From assembly GCF_964355755.1 (NCBI RefSeq), contig NC_092672.1, positions 2,170,001 through 2,234,000 on the forward strand: a stretch of 64,000 nucleotides of DNA, given 5' to 3'. The notes below the pieces were generated by a model. It saw only the letters and a program-made list of their open reading frames with translations, was not told the DNA's origin and did not search any database. This DNA is from Antedon mediterranea. Lineage: Eukaryota; Animalia; Echinodermata. Numbering within the stretch: position 1 is the first letter of the stretch; each line of letters begins with the position of its first letter. Shown here one piece after another: positions 11,745-25,400 of this stretch. Both the position numbers and the translations under genes were made by a program.

Positions 11745-12420
11745 CAATCAAAACAATCTTCATAAAGCCCGTTTTCCTGTCGACGTTATTCGACGCTATC
11801 GTTAACAATAATCGGTGATCTTCTACGTAAACATTGAAATGTTAACGATTTACAGTAAAAGGTACTCGCTATCGTTATCATTTCAACTTTATCGTTTTCA
11901 AACGATCGTCGTTGAACTGTTAACGATCAACGACGATAGAGTCGAATAACGTCGACAGGAAAACAGGCTTTAGTTACGCCCGGAGTTTTCCTATATTCAA
12001 AACAATCTTTAGAAGTTACGCTCTGAGTTTCTCTTTAATCAAAACAGTCTTCAAAAGTTACGCCCGGAGTTTCCATTTTAATCAAAACAATCATCAGAAG
12101 TTACGCCCGGAGTTTCTTTTTAATCAAAACAATCTTTAGAGGTTACGCCCAGAGTTTCCCGTTAATCCTAACTATCTTCCGAAGTAACGTCCGGAGTTTC
12201 CCTTTAATCTAAACAATCTTCAAAAGTAACGCCCGGAGTCTCCCTTTAATCAAAACAATCTTTACAAGTAACGCCCGGAGTTTCCCTTTAACCAAAAAAA
12301 TCTTTAGAAGGTACGCCCGGAGTTTTCCTTTAACCACCAAAACAATCTTTAGAAGTTACGCCCGGTGTTTAAATTTAATCAAAACAATCTTCAGAAGTTA
12401 CGCCCGGAGTTTCCCTTTAA
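11745..12420. repeat. About 42-bp minisatellite (AATCAAAACAATCTTCAGAAGTTACGCCCGGAGTTTCCCTTT), roughly 11 copies
   Basis: Visible tandem units. The first unit is interrupted by a MITE. Confidence 0.9.
11765..11970. mobile_element. MITE with about 39-bp TIRs inserted in a satellite unit
   Basis: AAGCCCGTTTTCCTGTCGACGTTATTCGACGCTATCGT ... ACGATAGAGTCGAATAACGTCGACAGGAAAACAGGCTT, flanked by TA. The flanks rejoin into a satellite unit. Confidence 0.8.
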
Positions 12421-12963
12421 GCTTATGATTCAGAAATTAAAAGCTCAATTTCAGTTCATAATGGTCATAAATAACGGATACATTTTTTCCTGTTTTGAAA
12501 GTTTTCATTACGAAATTTATTCATACAAACGCACACTAAATTGACACACATGATACTCTGACACATGCGCAAAAGGGGACAGCAGCTCGTAGTTTTAAAG
12601 CTTACCGTATCTGAACAGTTAATTTAAGAAAACATTTTATTTTTAAAATTGGATGTGAACACCACTCGTAAGCGCCATGAAGTGCTGTTAAATATCAAAT
12701 TTATTTGCGGTAATAATTATAGTTACGACAATTATCTTTGGTTTTATAATAAAGAAAGATAATAGATGAGTATTTCATTATCGCCCGCCGCTGAGGACAC
12801 GCGCTGGTTGAAGTACGGTAGATGAGCGAATTAGCGATATTCTCCCATGGGAATCATCGCACACGCTACATAAGCAATTATTCCATATGGTAAAAATACA
12901 ACATGATATAATAGTAATATAATCGTGAATTTAACAACACGCTTAAAGTGTGCAGGCTACAAC

Positions 12964-15664
12964 ATGGCAGCCATATATACAATTCTGCTTGCGATTACTT
13001 TAGTTTTACTGTTTGTGAACTTGTCATTAGCTTTTGATCCGTTAAAACGAAAGAATAAGATCTGGACTCATTTTGATTTTACAGTTTCACTTAGCCCACA
13101 ACAGAGGGAATGCTACCATCAGTATGTGGAAACAGGGATGATTTTTTCTCTATCTTACAAGGTGAGAATAGGCTTGCATTATTGTATTATAATATAAGTA
13201 GACATAGGCCTACTTTTCGTAAAGGTCACACTTTTTAGATCATCAGTGGCGTAACGGCTGTAGCGCTCACTAAACCCAGGGGCAAGGGGAAGGGGCGAGC
13301 AGTGCCCGTAGAAAGAAAACTTGCATTAAAATAATATGTCAAGGAGGCTAAAAACGTCAGAAACCTCCAGAGTTGGAGGGCCACTTCAGGTTTTTCAACC
13401 AGGGGCCTCATTGCCTCTGCGTTTATGCCACTGTCACCTCTGGGATGGTATTTGCTCTACAAAACAAGACTATTTGAAGCAATTAATGAATATCGATTAT
13501 TGCTCTTTTTGTTTCTGTTTTTGGCATCGCAGGTTGTTTTTGGAGACCAGCATGACCGTAATTTTGGATTTGTGGTAACAGATTTCAACGGTAAAATTGT
13601 AAAAGAAAATTACGAAGATTTGGAAGGTAATATGCAGGTCAATGCCAAAGAATCAGGTAAGTTTCTTAAAATAAGAATAATTTGTATTACGATTATTATT
13701 GATAATCAATGTTTACTGGTCTTGGAGATTTATTACGATTCTTTAGCCAGATACATTTGTTTTAAATGTAAAGAACAGTAAAGAAAACAATGTCCGTTCC
13801 CACATGGACGCAACGCAATTTTACTTTGAGTTGATCAATCACAAGTGACAGTTCGGATGATGATCTTGTCGGTTTTGGTAAATTTATTTGAGGTGTGCTT
13901 CTTCCGTAATCCTTAATAGGATTAGTGTTATCCGAAGGCTCGGCATTCTTTTCCGGCTGTTTTACTTTATCGTTTTCATTTTAGCTTTTTGCTTATTTTA
14001 GTTTGTATGTCTACTGAGATCCAGCCACTGATACCCACAGCATTGTCCTTTTTTCAGTGCTTATTTTATTTTGTATCTCTCCATTGAGATCAAGCCACTG
14101 ATACCCACAGCATTGTTCTTTTTTCAGTGCTTATTTTATTTTGTATCTCTCCATTGAGATCCAGCCACTGATACCCACAGCATTGTCCTTTTTTCAGTGC
14201 TTATTTTATTTTGTATCTCCATTGAGATCCAGCCACTGCAACAACCTTGTCAATAGCCTAATTTGCTTTTAGATTTATAGGCCTCTAATAATAAAAATTA
14301 TATATTTTGAATGTGGTTTTACATAATTTTTTTATAATTATGTCATGCAATTCAGCTCGTGCTTAATTGAGCGGAAATAAATACATTAACATGTTAACAT
14401 GTATTTCTGTTGTTTTCCGAAGGTGTCTATAACATATGTATCGGGAACCAGGCAAGCCGTTTCTACTCAAAAAAGATACATATATACCTTGACTTGTTTA
14501 ATCCAAAACGCTTTGAAAGTGCCGTTGAAGAAGAGACAGAAAAGGACCATAGCTTTGGAAACATTAGCGTAAGTTAAAGTGCTGGATTGGAAAGTGGTTA
14601 AGAAGGAGTTAAGGCCCATTCACACTGTAGGACGATTAAACCAGGGAGTTGTATTACAACTCCCTGATTAAACCAAAAACAGTTAAATATGCGTTTTTTC
14701 CTACTTAAAACAAATAAATCTAAAAACTATATGGATAACCATTTAAGGCCCATTTACACTTTGAACGATAACGATCGAAGATAAATAGACAAATATGCAT
14801 TTTTCATGCATAAACGGATAACAATCTAGTATGCTTTCTTTAATGAAAATAATGAAATACTATTTTTAAAGACATAATAAATGATTATCCAATAGTTCTA
14901 GAATGAAAACTTGTCTAATCTAATTTGTTTTGTGTAAAAAAAAAATGTATGTTTATATTATCGATATTGTCCTAGGTGTGTTTACAGCAGCTTTTATAGG
15001 AAAAACAATTCTATGTTGCTTTTTATGAATACTTCAACAGTAATAATGATGTGTAAAACAGGCATGGTATCTGTCATCCTGGATTAAGGAATCTTAAGCC
15101 ATGCTCTCACTCATCATGATAACAGTTTGATAGCCAATCTGGATTCTATGTAAGATAGATAGTCTGGGAGTGGGGGAGTGAAATGTTAGAGGCTTTCAAC
15201 ATAGCCAGATATCCTAATTTCCTTCTGATCACTCTAAGCCCTGTTTCTAACATCCCACCACCCTAACTTGATTTCTAGGCATCTTCAGATTTTTTCCTAG
15301 ACTAATATGGCCTGTTGTCGAATACTCCCTAAGTTCCTTCAGAAATACTGGAATAGCGAGGTAGTTTGCGACCACTTTCTTGTTCGTTGTCAGTTATTTA
15401 GCTTTATCACATTTTAATTTTAATTTCAATTTTCAGAAGACGATTATGGTGCTGAACGAAGGAATCCGAAATATGAGACTTTACCAAATGAGAACGCGAC
15501 AGAACTCGATACATGATTGGTACATTCTATCTGCAAATTTAGCATACGTTAACAGGTGGTCGTGTGTGCAATGTATTGTGATTATAGCATCCGGGATACT
15601 GCAAGTGTATATATTAAGGACTTTATTTACCGTACCTACAAACACTCGTAAGCCGAGATGTTAA
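12964..15664 (+). CDS. TMED6: Transmembrane emp24/p24 GOLD-domain protein, TMED6-like, 231 aa, 4 exons
   Basis: Exons 12964-13161, 13533-13656, 14423-14568 and 15437-15664 join in frame (696 nt). Signal peptide, GOLD domain cysteines (RECYHQY, GVYNICIGN), YVNRWS plus a TM helix, and C-terminus LFTVPTNTRKPRC resembling the vertebrate TMED6 tail ending KPRC. Confidence 0.9.
14015..14240. repeat. About 70-bp tandem repeat x3 in TMED6 intron 2
   Basis: TGAGATCCAGCCACTGATACCCACAGCATTGTCCTTTTTTCAGTGCTTATTTTATTTTGTATCTC repeated. Confidence 0.9.
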
Positions 15665-15677
15665 CGTGCATTAGTAA

Positions 15678-15842
15678 AGGTCTGTCTACACTATCAAACT
15701 AGTTTGACAAAAAAAGTGTGATGTGCCCAAATAGCCTATGGCAGTGAAAAGATGAAATATGGTAGTGCTTTGACATCATCATGTCCATATATGGGCACAT
15801 CATGTTTTTTTTCACATAACGTTCGATAGTGTAGACAGAGCT
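15678..15842. mobile_element. Harbinger-type MITE family A copy in the TMED6 3' UTR
   Basis: TAA|AGGTCTGTCTACACTATCAAACT ... TAGTGTAGACAGAGCT|TAA. Confidence 0.85.
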
Positions 15843-16114
15843 TAATGGAAGCATGTATTTTATGAATACCTTCAGGCTTAGCAATTTACCCGGGTTAAGT
15901 TGGTTACCACAAAATTAGCGAAAATCAGCCCGATGAATTCATTAAACCAGGGAACCTGCAAAACCTACAAAAGTGTGTAGCCCGCCCTCTCAAAACTGGC
16001 AAGACAGGTATTTGAATTCAAAACGTTATCCATGAAAACATTTTCTTATTGATAAAATAAAAAACACACTGCGATAATTACTGTACGTATAAAAGGGCAA
16101 AAACATCTTTTAAA

Positions 16115-17600
16115 AAATAAATGGTTAATATAGTCTAGCTTTACGACGATGATAACGCAATATGTATTTATGGATTTTTTTTTCGAAAAAAAGGCCAAAT
16201 TTTGACCTTTTTATTTTTTGACATAAATGGTTACTATAGGCCTACGTCTATAAGATGATGATAACGCAATATATGCGCATATGTAGCAATAGTATTGCAT
16301 AATAACAGTATTTTAAAAAGTGCGTATTTTGGCCATTTTGTGAAACAATCCCTGTACTATAATAAGGCTACAGGGATTTTTTTTTCGAAAAATAGCAAAA
16401 TTTCGACCTTTTTATTTTTTGAAATAAAATGGTTACTATACGCAATATATGCGCATATATAGCAATATTATTGCATAACAGTATTTAAAAAAGTGACTAT
16501 TTTGGCCATTTTTTGAATAAATCCCTATAGGCCTACTATAGTAAAGGGAAATTTTCGAAAAATGGCCGGTTTTCGACCCTTTTATTTTTTTGACATAAAT
16601 GGTTACTATAGCATAATAAACATGCGCAATTCATGTTCATTATGCTATAGTAACCATTTATGTCAAAAATTAAAGGGTCGAAAATCGGCCATTTTTCGAA
16701 AATTTCCCTGTACTATTATAGTTCAGGGATTTTTTAAAAAATTGTCAATTTTCGACCTTTTTATTTTTCGATAAAACTGGTTACTATAGCACAATTGACA
16801 TGCGCAGAACCAATTATTCGGCTCTGCGGATGTTTATTATGCTATAGTAACCATTTATGTCAAAAGTGGTTACTATAGCACAATTGACTTGCGCAGAACC
16901 CATTATTCGACTCTACACGTGTTTATTATGCTATAGTAACTATTTATGTCAAAAAATAAAAGCGTCGAAAATCGGCCATTTTTGGAAAATTTCCCTGTAC
17001 TATAGTACAGGGAGATGTTTTCAAAAAATGGCAAATTTTCGACCTTTTTATTTTTCGATAAAACTGGTTACTATAGTACAATTGACATGCGCAGAACCCA
17101 TTATTAAGTAAAAAGGTCGATAATTGGTCATTTTTTTGAATAAATCTCTGTACTATAGTACAGGGAAATTGTCGACAAATTGCCGATTTTCGACCCTTTT
17201 ATTTTTTGACATAAATAGTTACTATAGCATAATAAACATGCGCAGAGTCGAATAATGGGTTCTGCGCATGTCAATTGTGCTATAGTAACCACTTTTGACA
17301 TGAATGGTTACTATAGCATAATAAACATACGCAGAGCCGAATAATGGGTTCTGCGCATGTCAATTGTGCTATCTTAACCAGTTTTATCGAAAAATAAAAA
17401 TGTCGAAAATTGGCCATTCTTGTGAAATCCATTTTCGAAAATGGCCGATTTTCGACCTTTTTATTTTTTGACATAAATGGTTAATATATGTCTATACAAT
17501 TATGATAACGCAATATATGCGCATATATAGTAATATTATTGAATAATAATTTTATTTTAAAAATGGCCAAAATATCAAATTTTCGAAATACAGGTTAAAA
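16115..17600. repeat. Complex foldback / nested inverted-repeat array
   Basis: Modules GGTTACTATAGC, CCCTGTACTATAGTACAGGG and TTTTCGACC...TTTTGAC in both orientations. About 16745-17055 is inverted relative to about 17108-17415. Confidence 0.85.
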
Positions 17601-18628
17601 TAAAATGTGCAGAACACATTATGTGCGTCAGCGCATGTCACATTATAAACCAGTTGCAGTATGTCAAAGAATAAAAGGGTCAACATTTGGCGTTTTTTTT
17701 TTCAAAAAACTTGTTAGGGTTTTGTCGAAAAATGACCAAATTTTCCCATTTTTCGAATCACGTATTATGCATTAATCACATCCATTAGAACACTATCAAA
17801 AGCACCACATGTAATTCCTGCATTTTTATTATCCTTTTTTACACTTTGTGCCAGAAACTGTATAAACATGGCATTGCTTGTTTTTTGCAAAGCTGATATT
17901 AACTACCATCACATCTTAAAAATAATATCTTTTAATAATTTCGGTAACACATGGTTTACTGAAAACCTTATTTTACTAGTTTTTTTTTCGCCATGCAATA
18001 TTTAATGAACGCTGCTACACTTTTTAACATTTGTTTTTCCTTTGAAAACTTACTACAAAAATTGTGGAGGGACATTCAGAAAATTAATTTACAAAAGTTA
18101 AACAGGAAAATATAATCAAGGCTGGAAATGAAAATTATTGTTCAATAACATTAATTACAGTGTAACTCCTCCTTAAACACACAATGGGCATTGCGGCATA
18201 TATATTGAAATACTACCATCAACCCCCTAACTTTGTCCCCTAAAAAGGGGTTCTATTGATTTAACTGGTACACTTTGAAAAAGCAAATCCAGTATCCAAA
18301 TATGTCTAAAAAGCTCTCTTGTATACAATCATGGCCGGCCATTTTGTTTCAATATATTTATTTGAATCAGTCGCAGTATAAAGTGACATTGTGATTTTGT
18401 TTTCCCCAAAAATATATTGCATTAATTCTTCCTACAAAAAATATTGATGAATTATTTGATGCTATGCACAAATTTCTCCAAATTTTCAAAAGAAAATAAA
18501 TTGCAATTTGTTTCACAACCTTTTTAATAATTTCAGTGACCTTGATGATGTCAAAGAGCAAAGTTCACATGTATAAACTCTTCATTTGCGTAGACTCCTA
18601 ATATGATAATGGTCCTATATAACTCTAA

Positions 18629-18747
18629 AGCTCTGTCTACACTATTAAACTTTACGTAACAAAAAAATGTGATGCCCATATATAGACATGATGATGTCAT
18701 ATCACTACCATATTTGGGCACATTGGTTTGATAGTGTAGACAGAGCT
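18629..18747. mobile_element. Harbinger-type MITE family A copy
   Basis: TIR AGCTCTGTCTACACTAT ... ATAGTGTAGACAGAGCT. Further full or partial copies near 20757, 22698, 24926, 28078, 28877, 37372, 41160, 41806, 51184, 53136, 53745, 54718, 59428, 61746 and 62243. Confidence 0.85.
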
Positions 18748-21700
18748 TTAGCAAAAAAAATAAAACTGTATATGACCCAGTATAATCCTATGTGTTTGGG
18801 TGGGTATAATCCCACCCCGTAATTTAGTTTAAATTCGGACACAAGACTTAAATGCTATGGTTACGGCAATCCGATTACAATCCAACTGTTTAACTTTCGC
18901 CAAAACCATACCAAGGCCCTTGGGACTACTACTCTGTCATATACAGAAATCAACCTATATTATATAATATTTATTTTATTATTTAATATTTATTTTATTA
19001 TATAACAATATTGTTATAGTTGTCAATGCTTATATTGCATTGTATTCTGCTTTAATAGATTTGTTTATCAAAGTACATTTGAAAAATATTAAACTAGCAT
19101 TTCAACAAAATTGATTGTACGACAATTAAACACCTTTATAAATAATCTAAAGTAAACTAAAACGGCACATTAAATAGTACTTACTAAAAAAATGTGAAAA
19201 TAATATAAAATTAAATTAAATACAATTGTATCTTAAACAACACGCAATATAAAATCTTGTTCTTCAATTTTTTCTTCCAATAATATTCTTTTGCTTTCTT
19301 CTTTATCCTTTCATTGCACTATTTCTAAGTCTTTTAATCAACTTGTAAAGTTGATTACTGCTTCTTATCCTGTCTGCAAAGTTCACAAACAATTTCCATC
19401 AACAATCGTGTAAATTCTTGCTCAGTCCGTAAAAATATTGCTGAGTATTAAGGCCTCAATCGTATCTCTTTCTTCTTTCCATTCCATTAATCATTTTTTT
19501 TATTTTAACGTCCAGCGTTTTTTTCGGTTTCATACACAGCACACTTTCTTTTTCATCTGTGAATTATTTAGTATACACAGTTCATTTTTTCTTTATTCAT
19601 ATAAATTTCATAATTTCTTTTTCACATAATCTGTAAATGTTCAGGCAAATCCGCTTAATGTGGACACGATTTTATTTGCCGTAAAACTTTTCCAACAACT
19701 TGTAGGCACTTCATGTTTCTTGTTCAACTCTTGTAACAAATGGGACGTGTAAATAAAATTGTCTTATATCTATTTAATTTTTTTAAACCTGATGAAATCT
19801 GGTAGAAGGCAACACCGTCACACTATCAATGTGAACATCTAGTGGCATTCTCGGTGGAAAAAAAGATGAATCAATTTATCCCCATACATAACGCTTATTT
19901 AAACAGTATGCATGTACTTTGTTATAAGACATTTAAATTAAATCTCATTTCTGGGACAATTATAGATATTATTGATTTTTAAAGATTGTAACTAACATGA
20001 TTATAGTAATCAATGCCTTAAGCAAGTTATCAAATGATAACTTGGTTATAAGCATGGTTAACCGGATTAGAATGTGTTAACAAGTAATAAATCTAAATAA
20101 GGGATTAAAATTACTCTACTGCAGTTACTGCAGTAACTACATTTTTATAACTGCAATATTCAGATGTTATAAGACAATAGTGTGTATAATTATCCACACT
20201 TTTATTCAACGCATGGAGGTAATCGCAACGCAAAGACATATCGCAAAGCAAATAATTTGACCAATCACAACGGGCTTGATGATGATCCATCAAGTCGGAT
20301 TGGTTAAATCACTTGCGATGCGTTTACAATCTTGCTTGCATCCGAATTCCTAAAGAGTAAACAGAATGTATTTACTGCAGTACATGCAGTAGTAATTCAG
20401 ATATCAAATGTTCAAATAACACTACAATAGCTAAGCTTAATAAACATCGAATCATACTTTGTTCTTTACCCAAAACAAATTTAACAAAGTACCGCTAACA
20501 GTTTCATAGCATCATGAAGAAATCTTGATATTGTCAATAAACCCATTAATAACTTCCTAGTATAATACCAGCTTTATACACAAGATCATTTCCAAGAAAT
20601 CTCTTGTCTTATGGACAAAGAATTTAATGCAGTATCTGCAATAAAAATGCTTTTACATTGAACAACACTATCTACTAGCTATTTGTATTATTGGCAAACA
20701 AACTTATACGTTATTGTATAGTGTTTAATTACCCTTTGCAAGTACTGTAGAATAACGCTCTGTTTACACTATCAAAAAATGTGATGTGCCTATATATGGA
20801 CATGATGATGTTATATCACTACCATATTTAAGCAGATCACTACCATATTTGGGCATATCACTACCATATTTAAGCATATCCCTACCATATTTGGGCACAT
20901 TACAACTAGTTTAGAAAGAGCTTTAAACCTTTTATATTCTTAACAGCCTTTTAATCTATTCAGAGTTTGTTTAAATGTTATTTGATATTTAAACCATCCT
21001 CACATCGTGCCCATGTGAGGATTCCTCGCTCGATGCCTTGACACGGTTTTAATGGTTTCTGGGTCCTGGTGACGATTGTCCTACGTTGTTGGACAATCTT
21101 CCTATTCACAATTTGAATTGATTAGTACAAAAATAATTTATTGTGATATCATAATTGGTGGAACATCAAAGAAATTATTTAAATGATTAGGCTGTTACCT
21201 TGACTTATACTAACTGTTGGTTTAACTGCAATAGTTCAACTCCACCTAGATATCTATAAATTCTTTTGAAATTGCTTACTGAAACAGTAAACAACCTAAT
21301 CGTTATAATTATCATTATTAATAAATCCTTTCCGGTTCTTTTGTTATCGCTCCATATGACCGGATGACGTCATTTTAGTTCCGTTGCACTATAAACACGG
21401 TAACGCTATTGTTATTGTTTCAAACAATCTATTTTAAAGATCGAATGAGCTGAACAAGTTAGTATGTTGGCAATTATTCGCAGAATTATAATTTGTTTTT
21501 GAATTATTATGGCCATAAGAGAATGAAAAATTAGAGTTGAAATGCTAATAGGCCTTGTGCGTTGGAATAAAATAAAATTTAATATTTGAGTGAGAAAAAT
21601 TGAACATTTTAGACCTCACGCTAATATTTGTGAGGGTAATGGGTACACGTAGTATTTTCATATTTCGCTTACCATAGTACATCACAGCACTTTGGACAAG

Positions 21701-21869
21701 TTTATATTTGCTGTATAATTTCTCTTAAATAAAAAAAAACCTTTCATAATGAAAATATAATCTAGATTATTTATACAATAAATAGAATCTATAAATAAAT
21801 AATTATTTTAATCCTCTTAATTCTATTCACATAAGACTGTATGTTACTAATTTTTTCCAAATCTAGTAA

Positions 21870-22250
21870 TGGTGATAATTAACATTTGGTGACAATATTC
21901 ATTTTGTGACAATTTCCATTTAGTGATAATGAATAGGACAATGTCCATTTGGTGAAGATGAACATTTAGTGATAATGAATAGGACAATGTCCATTTGGTG
22001 ACGATGAACATTTAGTGATAATGAATAGGACAATGTCCATTTGGTGACGATGAACATTTAGTGACAATATTCATTTAGTGAAAATGTTTATTTGGTGACA
22101 ATGTTCATTTAGTAACAATTTCCATTTAGTGATAATAAACAGAACAATGTTCATTTGGTGACTATTTGTTCATTTGGTAAGAATGAACAGGACATTTTCC
22201 ATTTAGTGAACATTTAGTGACAATGTCCATTTTGTGACAATGTCCATTTG
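21870..22250. repeat. Degenerate 19-bp-based minisatellite with a higher-order unit of about 51 bp
   Basis: GACAATGTCCATTTGGTGA / CATTTAGTGATAATGAATAG units, just downstream of the YPEL stop codon. Confidence 0.85.
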
Positions 22251-22478
22251 GTTTCTTATCCTCATTCCTGGTTTCATTTAGTGTACTGTATTCTATACCA
22301 AAAAAACATATTTAACAGATTAAAAAAAATTATCTTCAATATGATTTCAAATTACTTTGTTGTCTTAATTACGGAACTAATGTATGATGCGGCACCAAGC
22401 ATGATCTTAACAATACAAAGCTTTGTACAAAATATCACGGACATCTATTGTTTTATTTGTTCTGGCAGCAACAGTGAA

Positions 22479-25400
22479 TTAATCACATTCCCAGCCGTTA
22501 TCTTTTATCATGTGAGCCAGTTCTATAATATATTTGCCTTCTTTATATTTCTGGCTGTTCTCAAAAGCATGTTCCTGGAAAAAAAGAAGAAAAAGAAGAT
22601 TGTAAACATGGTGTTTGGTTACTGAAAAGCTGGGTTCAAATCCTGTCCAACATCATTTTTAAAAGGGTAGGTTCTAACAAAAAATGAGGATGGCTTAGGC
22701 TCTGTCTACACTATCAAACTTTATGTGACACAAATATGTGGCCATATATGGACATGATGATCTCATATCACTACTATATTTGGGCACGTCACAACCAAAT
22801 TTGGGAACATCATGTCATCATTTTTGTCAAACTAGTTTTACAGAGCTTTGTCAACCCTAAAATTTCAAATTTACTTGTTACAAGCTCAATTCCCCACATC
22901 CCTTTAAAAAAAAAAAGCCGAAAAGCTTGAAGTGGGAGACCGGTGCTTTTAAATGATAACATTTGGTGTGGTGGGCTTAATCCTGGAACAATGTATCATG
23001 ACAAGACTACTGTACAAGGTCACCATTTTTAATTATGTATCAATAGCAAACTGTCTAATTACTTTAAAATGAGTATGAATATGAATCAGTATAATTTATT
23101 ATGACAAGAAATTCATTTCATAAATAATCCGGAATTCCTGTAACGTTATGGAACCTCATCATTTAGCCATTGTTTAGGATTTGTTGAAAACTATTCATTA
23201 CATCATTGTCGTCAACGTCATTGTATTCGCCACTGATGTCACAGTAATTAACCTCATTGTCTTTGCATACTACTCATTAATACTATTACAATACTGCTCA
23301 TCAATATAATAACACATTTATTAATTAAGGTGCATTAAGCAATAACAACACAGTTCATCAACTGGAGGCATAGCAACTAAATGGATGGAAAATAATTTGA
23401 ATTTAATTTGCTTCCTTTTTATAAAAGGTTGTCAAAAAAAAAAATATTTTAGATAGAATGACCATACTTTACAGGACACCACAGCACATGCAGTTTAACA
23501 GTGTATAGAATTTGTTTTACAATTGACCTATTGGTTCAGGAAGCTGTACATTTTTATAATAACCTATTTTTATGAATATTCATGATAGTTCATGAATATT
23601 CATTAATAAATTACAGGTACCATTGTCATGTATCGTAAGTTAACTGATGGTTATCAGCTGATGTCATTGTTATGCATTGTACATTGTATAGTATGTGTAT
23701 ACTGTGAAAGAACGGTTCATGGTAGGAACATGGTACAGCAGGCAATGAATGCATTACTGTATGCATGGTAGGAACATGGTACAGCAGGCAATGAATGCAT
23801 TACTGTATGCATGGTAGGAACATGGTACAGCAGGCAATGAATGCATTACTGTATGCATGTGAATGCAGTCTTTTTGAGGTGTAGGAATGTGATCACTTGC
23901 ACTTCTAAAATGCCTCCAAGGTGCAGCTTTAGTATTTTCAGCCAACATAAAAATCTTCTACACACCATGAATTGAATTTCAAGGTACAAACAGCATACAT
24001 ACTGAAGCACCACCACAATTCCAGCCTCACCACAACCCCCCCCCCCCCCCCACACAAATGTGTTGAGGAATGCAATTTGTAGAACACTTACAATTTTCAA
24101 AAGACAAAAGACAAGACCTGACTACTGTATAGTACAAAGTCAGACAACAACTAGTTGTTTACCAAAGCATCAGTTCAAAAAGTATCAAACTTCACAATCA
24201 ATTTGAGTACAATTTGCTGTACATCTTGCGAATAAATACAGCCTCAGTGTTGTGTAAATGAAATCGCATAATTAACACAATTATATTCAGTGACACAGAA
24301 ACTAAGCAATTATTGGTCTTTTTATCTCATAAAATCATTACCATGTGAAATTAGTAAAGAAAATAATCAATCACGCAGATTGAAAACATATGTGGGATGA
24401 ATAGTAACATAATGAGGTTTACTGTTTCTCAGATAATATAACAAGAAGCGTTGTTACCAGGAATTAGGGAAAATGTAAACAGGTCTATAATATAACGCAG
24501 CGCGTAACTCTATTCACTATCCTATCCTTCATTTTCGATATCTGTGATAAATTGTTACTTACATATTTCCACCCTAATGTAGTTTTACAGCATTCACAGA
24601 ATATATCAGATACAGCGTGCAACCCTGTTAGTAAGACACGTTCCTCAGCCGGACCACACCCTACATTAACACTATGAAAAAAAGATAGGTTAGTATGAAT
24701 ATCGAGAAAACGCTCTCTCTGGTGGACAGGAAGTCCATGGTAGATACAGTTAAAAATAGCAGTGTAGTATTTATGCTCCTTTAGGAGACATCTCTATACA
24801 TGGGAAATCCCTATTAACAAGACACCCCTATACAGGGGGACACACCTATTAAGTGGACACTTTGCCTTGAAAATTATAGAAGATGCTTGTTCAGGAGACA
24901 CTTTTTTTTGGTCTTGAATGAGTAAAGCCTTCTCTACACTACTCAATTTTATGTGAAAAAAAGGTGTGTGCCCATATGGATGATGATGTCATATCACTAC
25001 CATAATAGGGCACATCACATTTTTGTTTGGTCAAAATAGTTTGATAGTTTAGATAGGGATTTAGGCACAAAAGGCAAAAATGTCTGTCTGCTAATAATAG
25101 AATAATTTAAAAATGGCAACAATAAAGACAATTTTCAAACACCTATATAATTACATTTCCACCAAGAACAAATTAACTAAAAAGCCTGGAGTCTCTCAAA
25201 GAGCCATGTCCATGGTTGCTAGGAAATGCAATCAACAGTTGATGAAATATCCAGTGCTTATTAAGACCATAAGGGGTTTTAACCAATTAAATACAAAATG
25301 TATAATAGATACTTCTATTTAAATCTAAAATTAATCTAAATTATGGAAAATAATTGTTTTCACTGTGATAATAAGAACAAGTTTGCGATCATGTGCTACC

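Noticed and set aside
13244-13435. CAGTGGCGTAAC...TATGCCACTG hAT-like MITE in TMED6 intron 1
   Set aside because: TIRs are imperfect and there is no 8-bp TSD. It is probably an old remnant but not supportable as a feature.
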